Source of the DNA: Nanobdellota archaeon
Lineage (GTDB): Archaea; Nanobdellota; Nanobdellia; Pacearchaeales; GW2011-AR1
Assembly: GCA_021799535.1 (NCBI GenBank)
Contig: JAJZAH010000002.1
Location: 80,950 to 144,949 of the forward strand
Reading direction: 5' to 3'
DNA: 64,000 bases
The notes under the pieces are model-generated. The model was not told where the DNA came from and made no database searches. It worked only from the letters and a program-made list of their open reading frames with translations. Below are positions 17,903 to 26,726 of this stretch, one piece after another. Positions within the stretch are counted from its first letter, which is position 1, and every line of letters starts with the position of its first letter. The translations under genes and the position numbers were made by a program.

Positions 17903-17964
17903 TATTGCGTTTTTTAAAAAATATTAAAGAAAAAACTTAAGTATAATGTTAGTATTACTTCAGC

Positions 17965-18075
17965 ATGACAAAAGAAAACGGTTCAAACAGGAATTTGAAA
18001 GGAGACTGTCTAACTAGCCGGGCTTTCAATGAAGTGCCCGCTGGAAGAATTGAGAAGGAGGTGAAAGAAAAATGA
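17965..18075 (+). CDS. possible 36-aa leader ORF of a 3-gene operon
   Basis: Own translation MTKENGSNRNLKGDCLTSRAFNEVPAGRIEKEVKEK*. Its TGA overlaps the next ATG (ATGA), and it contains the GGAGGTGA Shine-Dalgarno for the next gene. Confidence 0.3.
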   Translation: MTKENGSNRNLKGDCLTSRAFNEVPAGRIEKEVKEK

Positions 18076-18404
18076 AAGAGGAAAAAACTCGAAAGTTGGA
18101 AAAATTGGAGCTCTGGTATGAAATATGTAACAAAAATGGACTTAATTTATATGCAAGGTACGGGAGTAATGATTTTTTGTCCTTTGAGAGATATGTGCCT
18201 TACAATGGAAACGTAGAAGAATCACTTTCTCAGGCCGTTTATAATCTGTATAAGTGGGATGGGGATGATTTAGGATTCGACTTCCATTTAAGTGCCCATG
18301 AAATGGGGGCGCAAAGAACGTTAGAATCGCATTGTTATCCAGCTGACCAAAAGATTGAATTTAAAGATGGAAAATCGTTTTCATTTAAGGAGAAGAAAAA
18401 ATGA
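18072..18404 (+). CDS. hypothetical protein (110 aa)
   Basis: ORF preceded by GGAGGTGA, 8 nt upstream. ATGA overlap with the downstream gene. Confidence 0.55.
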   Translation: MKEEKTRKLEKLELWYEICNKNGLNLYARYGSNDFLSFERYVPYNGNVEESLSQAVYNLYKWDGDDLGFDFHLSAHEMGAQRTLESHCYPADQKIEFKDGKSFSFKEKKK

Positions 18405-19285
18405 CAGAAAAAAATGTTTTCATGAACCTAGAGGAGCTCGGGAAGTATCATTCGGTAATTAATTTAGAAGGTCGGGAAATAACTGATAGCAGAGTTGCAA
18501 AGGCGTATAATGGAATGGGTCTTTACAGGATCCCTGACAGCGCAAGAAAAGTTATTGGATTCAAGAGGAATTCTGCTACAATTGAACAGGTTCTGGGTGT
18601 AGAACTTCACCCTTCAAGGTTTGAGGGACAGAAATACTTCGTGAGAATAAATCCTTTTGTAAGGTATAATCATTATTTTCCAATTGACTTTGGCAGGAGT
18701 AGCGATGAAGTGCATACAGATTTGGAGATTTTAATCTCAGGGGGTGTTACGAATTATTTGCGTGTTTCGGATGTTGCTAATCTTGTCGAGTTGGATGGAA
18801 AACCTTATGCAGTCGGCTTCACACGTCAATATGGTCTTGATATAACCAATGCATTTTACTCAGTTGTTTCAGATGCAGTTGATAATAGGAAGAATATCGA
18901 AATGGACTTCTCACCTTCAATGTTGCAGGATATTGCAGAGTGTTTTCATGATGCAAAAAAGAGATTTGTAACTGATTACTATGAGAATGCTTTTGATCTT
19001 GGACACGAGGTAATGAACAATTACACCAAGTCCCATATAAACGATGCTTTGAAGTTCGTTAAAAAGGCCATCTCAGGAAGGCATTTTGTTGGTGATCCTT
19101 TTAAGGATTATCTCTTGGGAATAGAGAAGTTCGAAAATGATGGGATGAAGGACTTTGTGGCAGTTTTGATTCCCGCTTCAAAAGAGATGGTTGAAGATTA
19201 TGCTAAAAATCGTTTAGTTGATTACTCAAAAGCTCACAAAGAGCATGACAGAATGATAGAGAAAATTCCGGATGGCCCTTTGTAA
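18401..19285 (+). CDS. hypothetical protein (294 aa)
   Basis: Long ORF with non-repetitive composition. No family recognised. Confidence 0.6.
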   Translation: MTEKNVFMNLEELGKYHSVINLEGREITDSRVAKAYNGMGLYRIPDSARKVIGFKRNSATIEQVLGVELHPSRFEGQKYFVRINPFVRYNHYFPIDFGRSSDEVHTDLEILISGGVTNYLRVSDVANLVELDGKPYAVGFTRQYGLDITNAFYSVVSDAVDNRKNIEMDFSPSMLQDIAECFHDAKKRFVTDYYENAFDLGHEVMNNYTKSHINDALKFVKKAISGRHFVGDPFKDYLLGIEKFENDGMKDFVAVLIPASKEMVEDYAKNRLVDYSKAHKEHDRMIEKIPDGPL

Positions 19286-19393
19286 TCAAGGATCCAAGCA
19301 ATCTCTCTTGAAGCCGCAGTTGGGGCAGATTATCTTACATTTCATTTTCCCTGTTTCACATTCGCAGATTATGCAACGGTCGGATTCCGTTGT
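19286..19393 (-). other. Cys-rich zinc-ribbon coding segment in frame with, and directly after, the bud32 TAG stop
   Basis: Own translation after TAG (19396-19394): TTESDRCIICECETGKMKCKIICPNCGFKRDCLDP* (TGA at 19288-19286). CxxC-x16-CxxC. No ATG/GTG/TTG between the TAG and the first CxxC. Confidence 0.35.
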
Positions 19394-20044
19394 CTAATAC
19401 TTATATCTTCCTCTTTTTTCAATCGCTTTAAGGCGTTCGAAGACTTTTTTTGCCTCTTCTTTGCCAATTGATTCATAACCTTCTTCGAATGATCCGAAAA
19501 GTTTTTCCCAATTCTCGAAATGCCTTGCTTCAAGAGCCTCTTTCAATAAATGTATATCTACCCCTTTTTGCTCATATTTTCCGTTGAACGAGCCAAGGCC
19601 GAAATCAACGATATAAATTTCTCCATTTTTCAATATCATGTTTGAAGTTGTTAAGTCTCCGTGGATAATCCCTTCCCTGTGGAGCTTTCCGACTTCAATT
19701 CCGACTTTTTTCATAGTTTCTTCCTGTTTCTTTTCTTCATACGAATTGAGTTCATCTGAAAGCTTATCCCCCTCTATGAATGGTATCAATATTGCATTTT
19801 CTTTTTCTGTTTCTTCTGGTTTTGGGGCATTAATCACTTCAGAAGCTTTTTTTAGTATTTTTGTTTCGGCTTTTGTTCTTCTTTTTATTATCTTCTTATC
19901 AAGTTCAGGCAGTCTGTATCCTTTTTTGAGCCTTTCTTTTATGACTTTGTCGTCTTCGAGATAAATTACGGCTTCAGCGCCACGTGATAGAATCTTTTTA
20001 TTCATAAAAAAATAGAGAAAAGAAGCAGTTTTAAGGTTTTTCAT
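19394..20044 (-). CDS. bud32: KEOPS kinase Bud32 (Kae1-associated kinase)
   Basis: SRGAEAVIYLEDDKVIKERLKKGYR...KRRTKAETKILKKA...GIIHGDLTTSNMIL..GEIYIVDFGLG. ATGA overlap with the upstream gene; an alternative start is M14 at 20005. Confidence 0.8.
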   Translation of the reverse strand: MKNLKTASFLYFFMNKKILSRGAEAVIYLEDDKVIKERLKKGYRLPELDKKIIKRRTKAETKILKKASEVINAPKPEETEKENAILIPFIEGDKLSDELNSYEEKKQEETMKKVGIEVGKLHREGIIHGDLTTSNMILKNGEIYIVDFGLGSFNGKYEQKGVDIHLLKEALEARHFENWEKLFGSFEEGYESIGKEEAKKVFERLKAIEKRGRYKY

Positions 20045-20454
20045 TTCTCATCCCAGAAGATTATAAGAGCCATACTAATCAGTACAGCGAAATCAACAAT
20101 CATACAATATTCGCATATGGCCTTTATTACGAAAAACTGAAGATATAAAAAATAAAGTGCAAGCACGGATCCGATCATCACACCCGCAGTTATTGCTATC
20201 TTTTGGTATTTTTTAGGTCTTTTGAGCTCAAAAAAAGCGAGGAGTGCCAGGAGGGGGAAAGCGACGAGTCCTATGTGGGCATTTTTTATCCCAAAGAAAA
20301 TTGTTTCATACGAGGAATTTTGGACTGTTGAGCAACTTGTGCCTCCCACTAAACCACATGCTTGCTCTATTGACATGAAAGACAACACTATAGACGTGGC
20401 TGTTGCAAGGATCATCAGCCCGATTATTATCTTGTACTTGGTTTCTCTTTTCAT
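20041..20454 (-). CDS. VKOR-family (vitamin K epoxide reductase-like) membrane protein
   Basis: Four TM segments, a loop Cys pair CGLVGGTSCS followed by S/T, and CEYC in the last helix. Confidence 0.6.
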   Translation of the reverse strand: MKRETKYKIIIGLMILATATSIVLSFMSIEQACGLVGGTSCSTVQNSSYETIFFGIKNAHIGLVAFPLLALLAFFELKRPKKYQKIAITAGVMIGSVLALYFLYLQFFVIKAICEYCMIVDFAVLISMALIIFWDEK

Positions 20455-20502
20455 TTCCTTAAAAGAATTTTTTGATATAAAAGGGTTATGGATAAACTAG
20501 TT

Positions 20503-21774
20503 TCATATAACTTTTATTTGTGTGATGCTCATCTCTTCCATTTTCTTCTTATTTTTCCCGGACCAGTCCTTTATGAATTCTGCTGGAGAGAAATCTATTC
20601 TTTTTTTTGCATAGACCCTTGAGTTTTTTACAAAGACGCTGATGTGCTCTTTTTTGAATCTTGAAACATTCTTTGCGTCGTCTTTTTTCGGGCCAGTTAA
20701 TATTACTTCTCTCCTGCTCTTCAGTATAAAATATCCTTTTCCAGTCTTCTCCCCGTAATATTCGAAATCTTTTTTTAATATTTTAAAATCCCTTGATAAT
20801 TCTCTTTCGAGATGATTGAAAAATTTAAGGAGCTTTGTCCCGGCAATATCTCCTTTTTCTTTTCTGGTTGCAAGTTCAATTATGAGGGTTTCTTTTCCTG
20901 GTCCGGGAGAGGGAATCCTTGAAAAATCTATACTCGCCTGTTCGAAAAATTTTTTTGACGGGCTTTTTAGAAATTTAGATGCATATTTTTTGAATCTTTC
21001 AAATGTCTCTTTTGAAAGCCCGGCAAGAGCATTCCTTTCCCTATAAGTTGGGTCAACAAGGATTATTGGCGAGTCAAGTTTTGATCCATTCATATCCATC
21101 AGCACATCTTTTTTTTTGTAATGTTTCTCTATATCTATTACAGTCTTTTCGTTAGATTTTTTTGATAATGCTCTTAGTAATTTTTCAAATCCCCCGAAAT
21201 GGTAAACCAGAAGTTCCAGAGAGTATCCGCTGAATCCTTTTATGTATGACTCTGCTCCGTAAGTTTTTGTCGCATAGCAGAAAGCCTTCGCCAACTTTAT
21301 CCCTTCGATAACCTTCCTATCCTTTACATTCTTTTTTATATAATTAACATGGAGGTAGCTCAGATCTGTCACATTCTGCGCTTCTTTAGGGCTTTTTATC
21401 CTTTTGACGGGGACAATTTCAAAAAATAAGCTTGAGCTGATGTTCACCTTAAAGTAATCTCTTGATCCGTGTGAGACGGATATCCCTTTTATCCTAGATA
21501 AAACTTTTTTCGAGATTTTGGGATATTCCTCTTCTTTGTACCTTTTCCCTAGCCTTAAGAAAATATCCACATCGTAGGATTTTTTCCTTATGAGTGTGCC
21601 TTTTGCATAGCTCCCGCCTATAAAAATATCAGCGTCTATGCGTGATCTTTTGATATTTTTCCTTGCTTTTGAAAGGAACTTTTCTAAAATTCTTCTTATC
21701 CCGCCCATTTCTTCTTCTGACGGGCTTATTTTTTCAAGGATTTCCTTCGTGACAGATTCGACTTTTCTGGTCAT
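20503..21774 (-). CDS. cca: CCA-adding tRNA nucleotidyltransferase, archaeal class I
   Basis: IFIGGSYAKGTLIRKKSYDVDIFL (G[SG]..GT...D.D). Size and N-terminal helical region fit the archaeal enzyme. Confidence 0.85.
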   Translation of the reverse strand: MTRKVESVTKEILEKISPSEEEMGGIRRILEKFLSKARKNIKRSRIDADIFIGGSYAKGTLIRKKSYDVDIFLRLGKRYKEEEYPKISKKVLSRIKGISVSHGSRDYFKVNISSSLFFEIVPVKRIKSPKEAQNVTDLSYLHVNYIKKNVKDRKVIEGIKLAKAFCYATKTYGAESYIKGFSGYSLELLVYHFGGFEKLLRALSKKSNEKTVIDIEKHYKKKDVLMDMNGSKLDSPIILVDPTYRERNALAGLSKETFERFKKYASKFLKSPSKKFFEQASIDFSRIPSPGPGKETLIIELATRKEKGDIAGTKLLKFFNHLERELSRDFKILKKDFEYYGEKTGKGYFILKSRREVILTGPKKDDAKNVSRFKKEHISVFVKNSRVYAKKRIDFSPAEFIKDWSGKNKKKMEEMSITQIKVI

Positions 21775-21823
21775 GGAACTAATTGCCTTTAGAGGTTTTT
21801 AATCCTATTCAATTATTGGGAGG

Positions 21824-22228
21824 TTACTCTTTTTTGGGCTGTTCGGGGATATCCTCTGAGCTGATTTGTAAAGTTCTGGCTATATCAATGAGATATTTAC
21901 CTTCTTCGAGCTTGTAAACGAGTGGCTTTTTTTTATTGAATATCTTAGATAAGTCCAGTTCAAATTTGCCGTCACCTGTCACTCTGACCGATTCGAAGTC
22001 CAATATTACGGGCGCATTTTCTTCCTCGATGCCGGCAATTTCTCTCACGTCATCTTCTATCTTTTCTTTATCTTCTTCAGGGATTTCGACTATCTTGTTT
22101 TTCAACCTTTCGAATTGTTCATCCCTTACATAAAAAAAGAATCTGCTTCCGCATTCCGCACATCCTTCAAGTAGCTCACGGCTTGCGGCAGGTATTACTC
22201 TTGAGCATTTGACGCACTGGTGTGGCAT
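21824..22228 (-). CDS. Zn-ribbon protein (DUF2072/COG3364-like, from memory)
   Basis: MPHQCVKCSRVIPAASRELLEGCAECGSRFFFYV. Confidence 0.55.
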   Translation of the reverse strand: MPHQCVKCSRVIPAASRELLEGCAECGSRFFFYVRDEQFERLKNKIVEIPEEDKEKIEDDVREIAGIEEENAPVILDFESVRVTGDGKFELDLSKIFNKKKPLVYKLEEGKYLIDIARTLQISSEDIPEQPKKE

Positions 22229-22312
22229 TATTGGAAAAGGATCATTAGATTAATAAATTTTTAGGAAAAATCATCTCTGATAAAAGTAGGTTATAAATCT
22301 CACTGATTTGCT

Positions 22313-22720
22313 CTATTTGTTCAACATAAGTTCAATTTTCTTCGGATCTCTTTTTATCTCTTTTACAACCGATGCTGGTCCTATTATTGTCACAGCTCCA
22401 ATGTCCCCTCCCGAGAGGCTCATTACTATCCTGTTTTTTATCCTGTCTATTGCACCAGTCTGATCATCAGAGCTTATCACTGCAAGTTCTATACCTTTGA
22501 AACTCTTGACATGACCTATCATAGCCATAGTGTCTTCAATCAATCTTGTTTCTTCTTCTGGTCTGAGTCTGCCTTGGAGTATGAGAATGTAATTTTCGAA
22601 AGCTATCTCAAGGATTTTTTTTATTCTTTCCGTGCTGGTCAGGTTTTTTATTTCTGAATAAGGCATGAATCTTATCGCAAATCCATTTATTTTTCTTGGT
22701 TTTTGGATCTTTTTTGCCAT
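22313..22720 (-). CDS. conserved archaeal protein (DUF2073-like, from memory)
   Basis: 135-aa ORF lying between a small GTPase and a Zn-ribbon gene, an arrangement I recall as conserved in archaea. Confidence 0.45.
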   Translation of the reverse strand: MAKKIQKPRKINGFAIRFMPYSEIKNLTSTERIKKILEIAFENYILILQGRLRPEEETRLIEDTMAMIGHVKSFKGIELAVISSDDQTGAIDRIKNRIVMSLSGGDIGAVTIIGPASVVKEIKRDPKKIELMLNK

Positions 22721-22737
22721 TTATTCTCCTTCCCTTT

Positions 22738-23382
22738 TTATTTTGACCTTTTTGAAATTTTGAAAATCTCCTCGTAGAATTCCTCAAAATTCTTTCCGTA
22801 CTTTGCGCTTATCCCTATGACTTTATATTCGGGGAAAGCCTCTTCGATTTTTTTTGTATTCGCCTTTCTGAGGTCTGATTTATTAGCAACAATAAGAATT
22901 GGGATTTTTCTTGCAACAAGATTTCCAATCAAAGTTATGTTTACCTGGTTGTAGGGATTTTCTGTGGCATCCAAAACCACCACTACCACATCCATATCAT
23001 CAAGCCATTTTATGCTTTCGATTATTCCCTGGGTTGCCTCTTTTGCCCTTATCTTTGCGTCTTTCGTGTTCACTTTGTACTTAAGGAATTCTTCATAATC
23101 AACCTTTGTCGCAATCCCGGGTGTATCTACCATTTTGAAGGTCATGGATTTTCCCTTGTAAGATATCTCTACTTTCTCCTTGAACTGGACTTCTCTTGTT
23201 TCATGCGGGATCTTTGAGACTGATCCTATCTCTTCTCCTGTGAAATCCTTACATATCCTATTTGCCAAACTTGTTTTGCCTGCATTGGGAGGGCCGTAAA
23301 ACCCGAGTTTTATCTCTTTTTTGTTCTGGAATACCCCGGAGAAAATTCTCCTAAAAAAACTCGTCACGACTTTTATTGCCAT
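22738..23382 (-). CDS. small GTP-binding protein
   Basis: G1 GPPNAGKTS, G3 DTPG, G4 NKSD. Confidence 0.75.
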   Translation of the reverse strand: MAIKVVTSFFRRIFSGVFQNKKEIKLGFYGPPNAGKTSLANRICKDFTGEEIGSVSKIPHETREVQFKEKVEISYKGKSMTFKMVDTPGIATKVDYEEFLKYKVNTKDAKIRAKEATQGIIESIKWLDDMDVVVVVLDATENPYNQVNITLIGNLVARKIPILIVANKSDLRKANTKKIEEAFPEYKVIGISAKYGKNFEEFYEEIFKISKRSK

Positions 23383-23440
23383 ATTACCTGTTTATCTTTT
23401 TTCTTTATTAAATTTTGTATCTTATTTTTGGGCAGTATTT

Positions 23441-25972
23441 TCACGGCATCCCGGTCTTTTTACCGTGGTATTTCTTCAGTAGATAAGTTATCTGTTCTCC
23501 CTTCCATCCCGATTTTAAAAGATTCTTTCTTATCTCGCTCTCTTCAACGCCGTTTTTTATCGAGTTGGTTATATAGAAAATTGCATTGTAGAGCTGGTTT
23601 TTGTCAGGGAACAAATACTTTTCATACCTTTTGTTATACCACAGCTTAAGGAGGAAATATGCCCCGACTCCCAACACTATAACTCCCAGGATTCCAAGCA
23701 CGACGATCCATGTGTTGTCTTTTGACTGTGTTATGGCCGGGTTCGAAACCGCCTGTATGTTTTCAGGAGCTATAAAAAAGCTGTAAAAATTTCCAAGATC
23801 CTGTCCTGTTGAAAATTGGACAGTTTTTACAGAAGGGCCTAGCTGCAGGTATGAGTATCCATTTGCTGACTGGATCCCGGAGCTATTGTCGAAATTCATT
23901 CCCTGTGAGACGGGGAAGACCAGATAGTATGATTCGTTTATTGCCTGTTTTGGAGTTATCGTTATTGTATAAAAATTTATGGGGATCTTTGACCCGTCGT
24001 CCATCTGGACAATTATTTTAGTTGATGAGATTTTTGAGTCTACGTTATTGAAGTCCCAGTATGATGCGTAACTTGCGCCGCTTGCTGGATACACCGTCCC
24101 GGTTATTTTCCCAAGAGTATTTAAGTCGATTGTGTTGTTGTCAGATACAAGGGGGATGTCCATCGACGAAGTTTTTATAAGGTTCTTTGGTACTTTAAGA
24201 TCAATCAATTCCCCAAGTATCTTTTCATAATCTGCATTTGAGGATGCCGAGGAATTCATTGATTGTATTGAACTGAAACTTGCTGATATATTGGATATTC
24301 CAAGGATTTGATCTAGCTTATCTTTCTGGAACTGGTTCATTGAGGAAATCTGGGACTCAAAAGATGATAACAGTCCTTTTTTTATTCCCATTTCCTGGCT
24401 TATAAAATTTTTTGCCGGAAGGATTTGGACTGTGAAATCCTCAGATAAACTTATTCCGTTATAATGAGCTGATATCTTGACTGTATAGTTTCCCGTTGAA
24501 TTGTAAGTGTGTGAGATTGAAGGGGAGTAGCTTGTGGCCGTAGATGAATTGTCGCCGAAGTTCCAGCTGTATTGTGCTACATTTATCCCTGATGGAACAG
24601 AGACAAGGAATGTCACGGGGAATCCAGCAGCGTATTCTGTGGGATATATGTTCATGGGAAATTCCTGAATTGATATCTTTTTTGTGAAAAGCTTTGTCCC
24701 GTTAAAGCTTAAGCTGTAATCGTTTGTGCCAAGTATCGAAGGGGACAGTGGGATTTTGAAAAAATCGCCCAACGATAAGATTTGTGGTGTTGAGTTTACA
24801 AGCGAGCCAACTTTTTGGAGATCATATAATGTTGACAAGGATGTCGGAGCGAAACCTGAAATTGAATAGCTGACAAATAAGCTTGATACATTTACATCCT
24901 GGCTTGCAGAGGAAATAATTTCTATCGGGATATAGCATCCGTTTGTGCATCCTTCAGGATAATTTGTGGATATGTAATTTTGTACAACTGAAGAGATTCT
25001 TGTTCCGTCAGGGAGTAGATTGTTTATCCCAAAGTTTCCCGGAGTTGCGAAATAGAATGGTTTCACGCCCAGAGCATAGGTCGCCGTTTCATTTTCCGGA
25101 GGCACTCCCGGAAATCCGCAATTCCCTGTTCGAGACTGATACCCTTCGGTTTTGTAATCTCCGGAGTTCGATCCATCTGTCGCGCAGATGTAATAATTTC
25201 CCTGCTGTACTGAAGTGTTCAAATCGCAAAATGCCTCAGAGCCTGATGTTGAAATGCTTGAATTGAAGATATTGCATGATTTTATTTTTATGCCTGCTGC
25301 ATTAACTAATGTTATTGTGATTCCCGGGCTTGTTCCGGTTCTTTGAAACCAGCCGCCAGCTTCTATATCGGGAGCTTCGCTTAGAGTTATATTCTGGCAA
25401 AGAGGAATATCTTTTGAAAGCACAGCTACTGATGATTGCACGCTTGAGTCATAGCATCCATAATTTGCATTTCCAAGCTGTGTGCTCTTTTTTGTATTTT
25501 TTATTTCATAGCTCTTGTTATCTAATATATCTATTCTTATTTGGTTTAAGGGAGAGTTTCCGGCGTTGCTTGACACGTTGAATGAAACTAAATTTACGCC
25601 GGAAATTTGTCCTTTAAGTATGAATCCGATTGTTTTATTTTTCCCTCCGTTTATGGTAAAATATTTTGAACTTTGGGGGTTTGACCCAGTGTAAGATGAG
25701 GCACAATAGGGGAAAGTGCAATTGTACTTATAGTCGGAACCAGTAAGAAGGTCTTTGAGGGGGACCGAGTTACCGAATGAATCTGTGAAAAGCGCTGTTG
25801 CCGGTTGGTTACTGAATGATGCGTTAATTATAAACCCTGTTATTGAAGACCCTCTTGAATAATTTGTGTTTATTGAATAATTCTTAAAAGAATAGCTTGC
25901 TGAAACTGACGAAATCAACAAAACAAACATGGCTCCCGCGAGAAAATAGTTCAGGCCCTCTTTTTTTTTCAT
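23441..25972 (-). CDS. large surface protein (843 aa): signal peptide, Ser/Asn-rich ectodomain with a PKD domain, C-terminal TM + short cytoplasmic tail
   Basis: N-terminal MKKKEGLNYFLAGAMFVLLISSVSA. PKD-like YSWNFGDNSSTATSYSPSISHTYNSTGNYTVKISA. TM WIVVLGILGVIVLGVGAYFLL. Many N-x-S/T sequons. Confidence 0.7.
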   Translation of the reverse strand: MKKKEGLNYFLAGAMFVLLISSVSASYSFKNYSINTNYSRGSSITGFIINASFSNQPATALFTDSFGNSVPLKDLLTGSDYKYNCTFPYCASSYTGSNPQSSKYFTINGGKNKTIGFILKGQISGVNLVSFNVSSNAGNSPLNQIRIDILDNKSYEIKNTKKSTQLGNANYGCYDSSVQSSVAVLSKDIPLCQNITLSEAPDIEAGGWFQRTGTSPGITITLVNAAGIKIKSCNIFNSSISTSGSEAFCDLNTSVQQGNYYICATDGSNSGDYKTEGYQSRTGNCGFPGVPPENETATYALGVKPFYFATPGNFGINNLLPDGTRISSVVQNYISTNYPEGCTNGCYIPIEIISSASQDVNVSSLFVSYSISGFAPTSLSTLYDLQKVGSLVNSTPQILSLGDFFKIPLSPSILGTNDYSLSFNGTKLFTKKISIQEFPMNIYPTEYAAGFPVTFLVSVPSGINVAQYSWNFGDNSSTATSYSPSISHTYNSTGNYTVKISAHYNGISLSEDFTVQILPAKNFISQEMGIKKGLLSSFESQISSMNQFQKDKLDQILGISNISASFSSIQSMNSSASSNADYEKILGELIDLKVPKNLIKTSSMDIPLVSDNNTIDLNTLGKITGTVYPASGASYASYWDFNNVDSKISSTKIIVQMDDGSKIPINFYTITITPKQAINESYYLVFPVSQGMNFDNSSGIQSANGYSYLQLGPSVKTVQFSTGQDLGNFYSFFIAPENIQAVSNPAITQSKDNTWIVVLGILGVIVLGVGAYFLLKLWYNKRYEKYLFPDKNQLYNAIFYITNSIKNGVEESEIRKNLLKSGWKGEQITYLLKKYHGKKTGMP

Positions 25973-26023
25973 TCATAGGAATAAGGAGGAGATGTTTATA
26001 AAGATTTTTGGTACATTCCTGAT

Positions 26024-26605
26024 TCATCGGCGTCGTTTTGCGCTCCGATTCATGAATGCCACATAGTTTTTGGTCTCATCCGGAGCTTTTTTCATGTTCC
26101 ATCTGCTGGCTTTAAGGTTCCCGTACCCCCAGTTGTAGCCTGCGATTATCAAATCTCTTTTTTCTTTGTTGTTTAATCTTTCCCAGCGAGGATTATTTTC
26201 GGATATGGCTCTTACCAGCCAGTTCAAATATTTTATCCCGGTCTCAAGGTTTTCTTCCGGATTGAACCATTGTTCCTCATAAGAAATCCCCGGATTCACA
26301 TCTTCCCATGCTGTGCGGGTAAGTTGCATTAGCCCTCTGGCCCCTGTCTTTTGGTTCACTGCCATAAAATTGAATGCAGACTCCCGATTTATCATATCTT
26401 CGATAGACTCGGGGGAAAGATATTTATTTTTTAGCTTTTTTGATGAAATGAAATCTCTTATATCTTCCTTAGATGGCGGGACATATATTGTGATATACTC
26501 CTTATATCGAGTCTTATGATCACTAAGATAACTTTCGCCCGTTTTTTTTGTGGTTGCCGGGATCAGGAGTGCTGCAAGGAGTGCTGCGTAAACTGTTTTT
26601 TTCAT
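26024..26605 (-). CDS. secreted lytic murein transglycosylase (SLT domain), bacterial type
   Basis: Signal peptide MKKTVYAALLAALLIPA. SLT motif RESAFNFMAVNQKTGARGLMQLTRTAWEDV, and AGYNWG. Confidence 0.7.
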   Translation of the reverse strand: MKKTVYAALLAALLIPATTKKTGESYLSDHKTRYKEYITIYVPPSKEDIRDFISSKKLKNKYLSPESIEDMINRESAFNFMAVNQKTGARGLMQLTRTAWEDVNPGISYEEQWFNPEENLETGIKYLNWLVRAISENNPRWERLNNKEKRDLIIAGYNWGYGNLKASRWNMKKAPDETKNYVAFMNRSAKRRR

Positions 26606-26697
26606 GACTTTTCACCGTTAAAGATAATTTTTATGGTTTATTTTTAAATTTTGTGTATCAATCAGTTGTACCTTTTCTGACAAATTTTTTATATAAA

Positions 26698-26705
26698 TTT
26701 ATAAA
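26698..26705 (+). promoter_or_regulatory. TATA box (TTTATAAA) for thrS
   Basis: Starts 29 nt upstream of ATG 26727. Confidence 0.6.
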
Positions 26706-26726
26706 ATAGAGCCTGTTTAATCTAAC

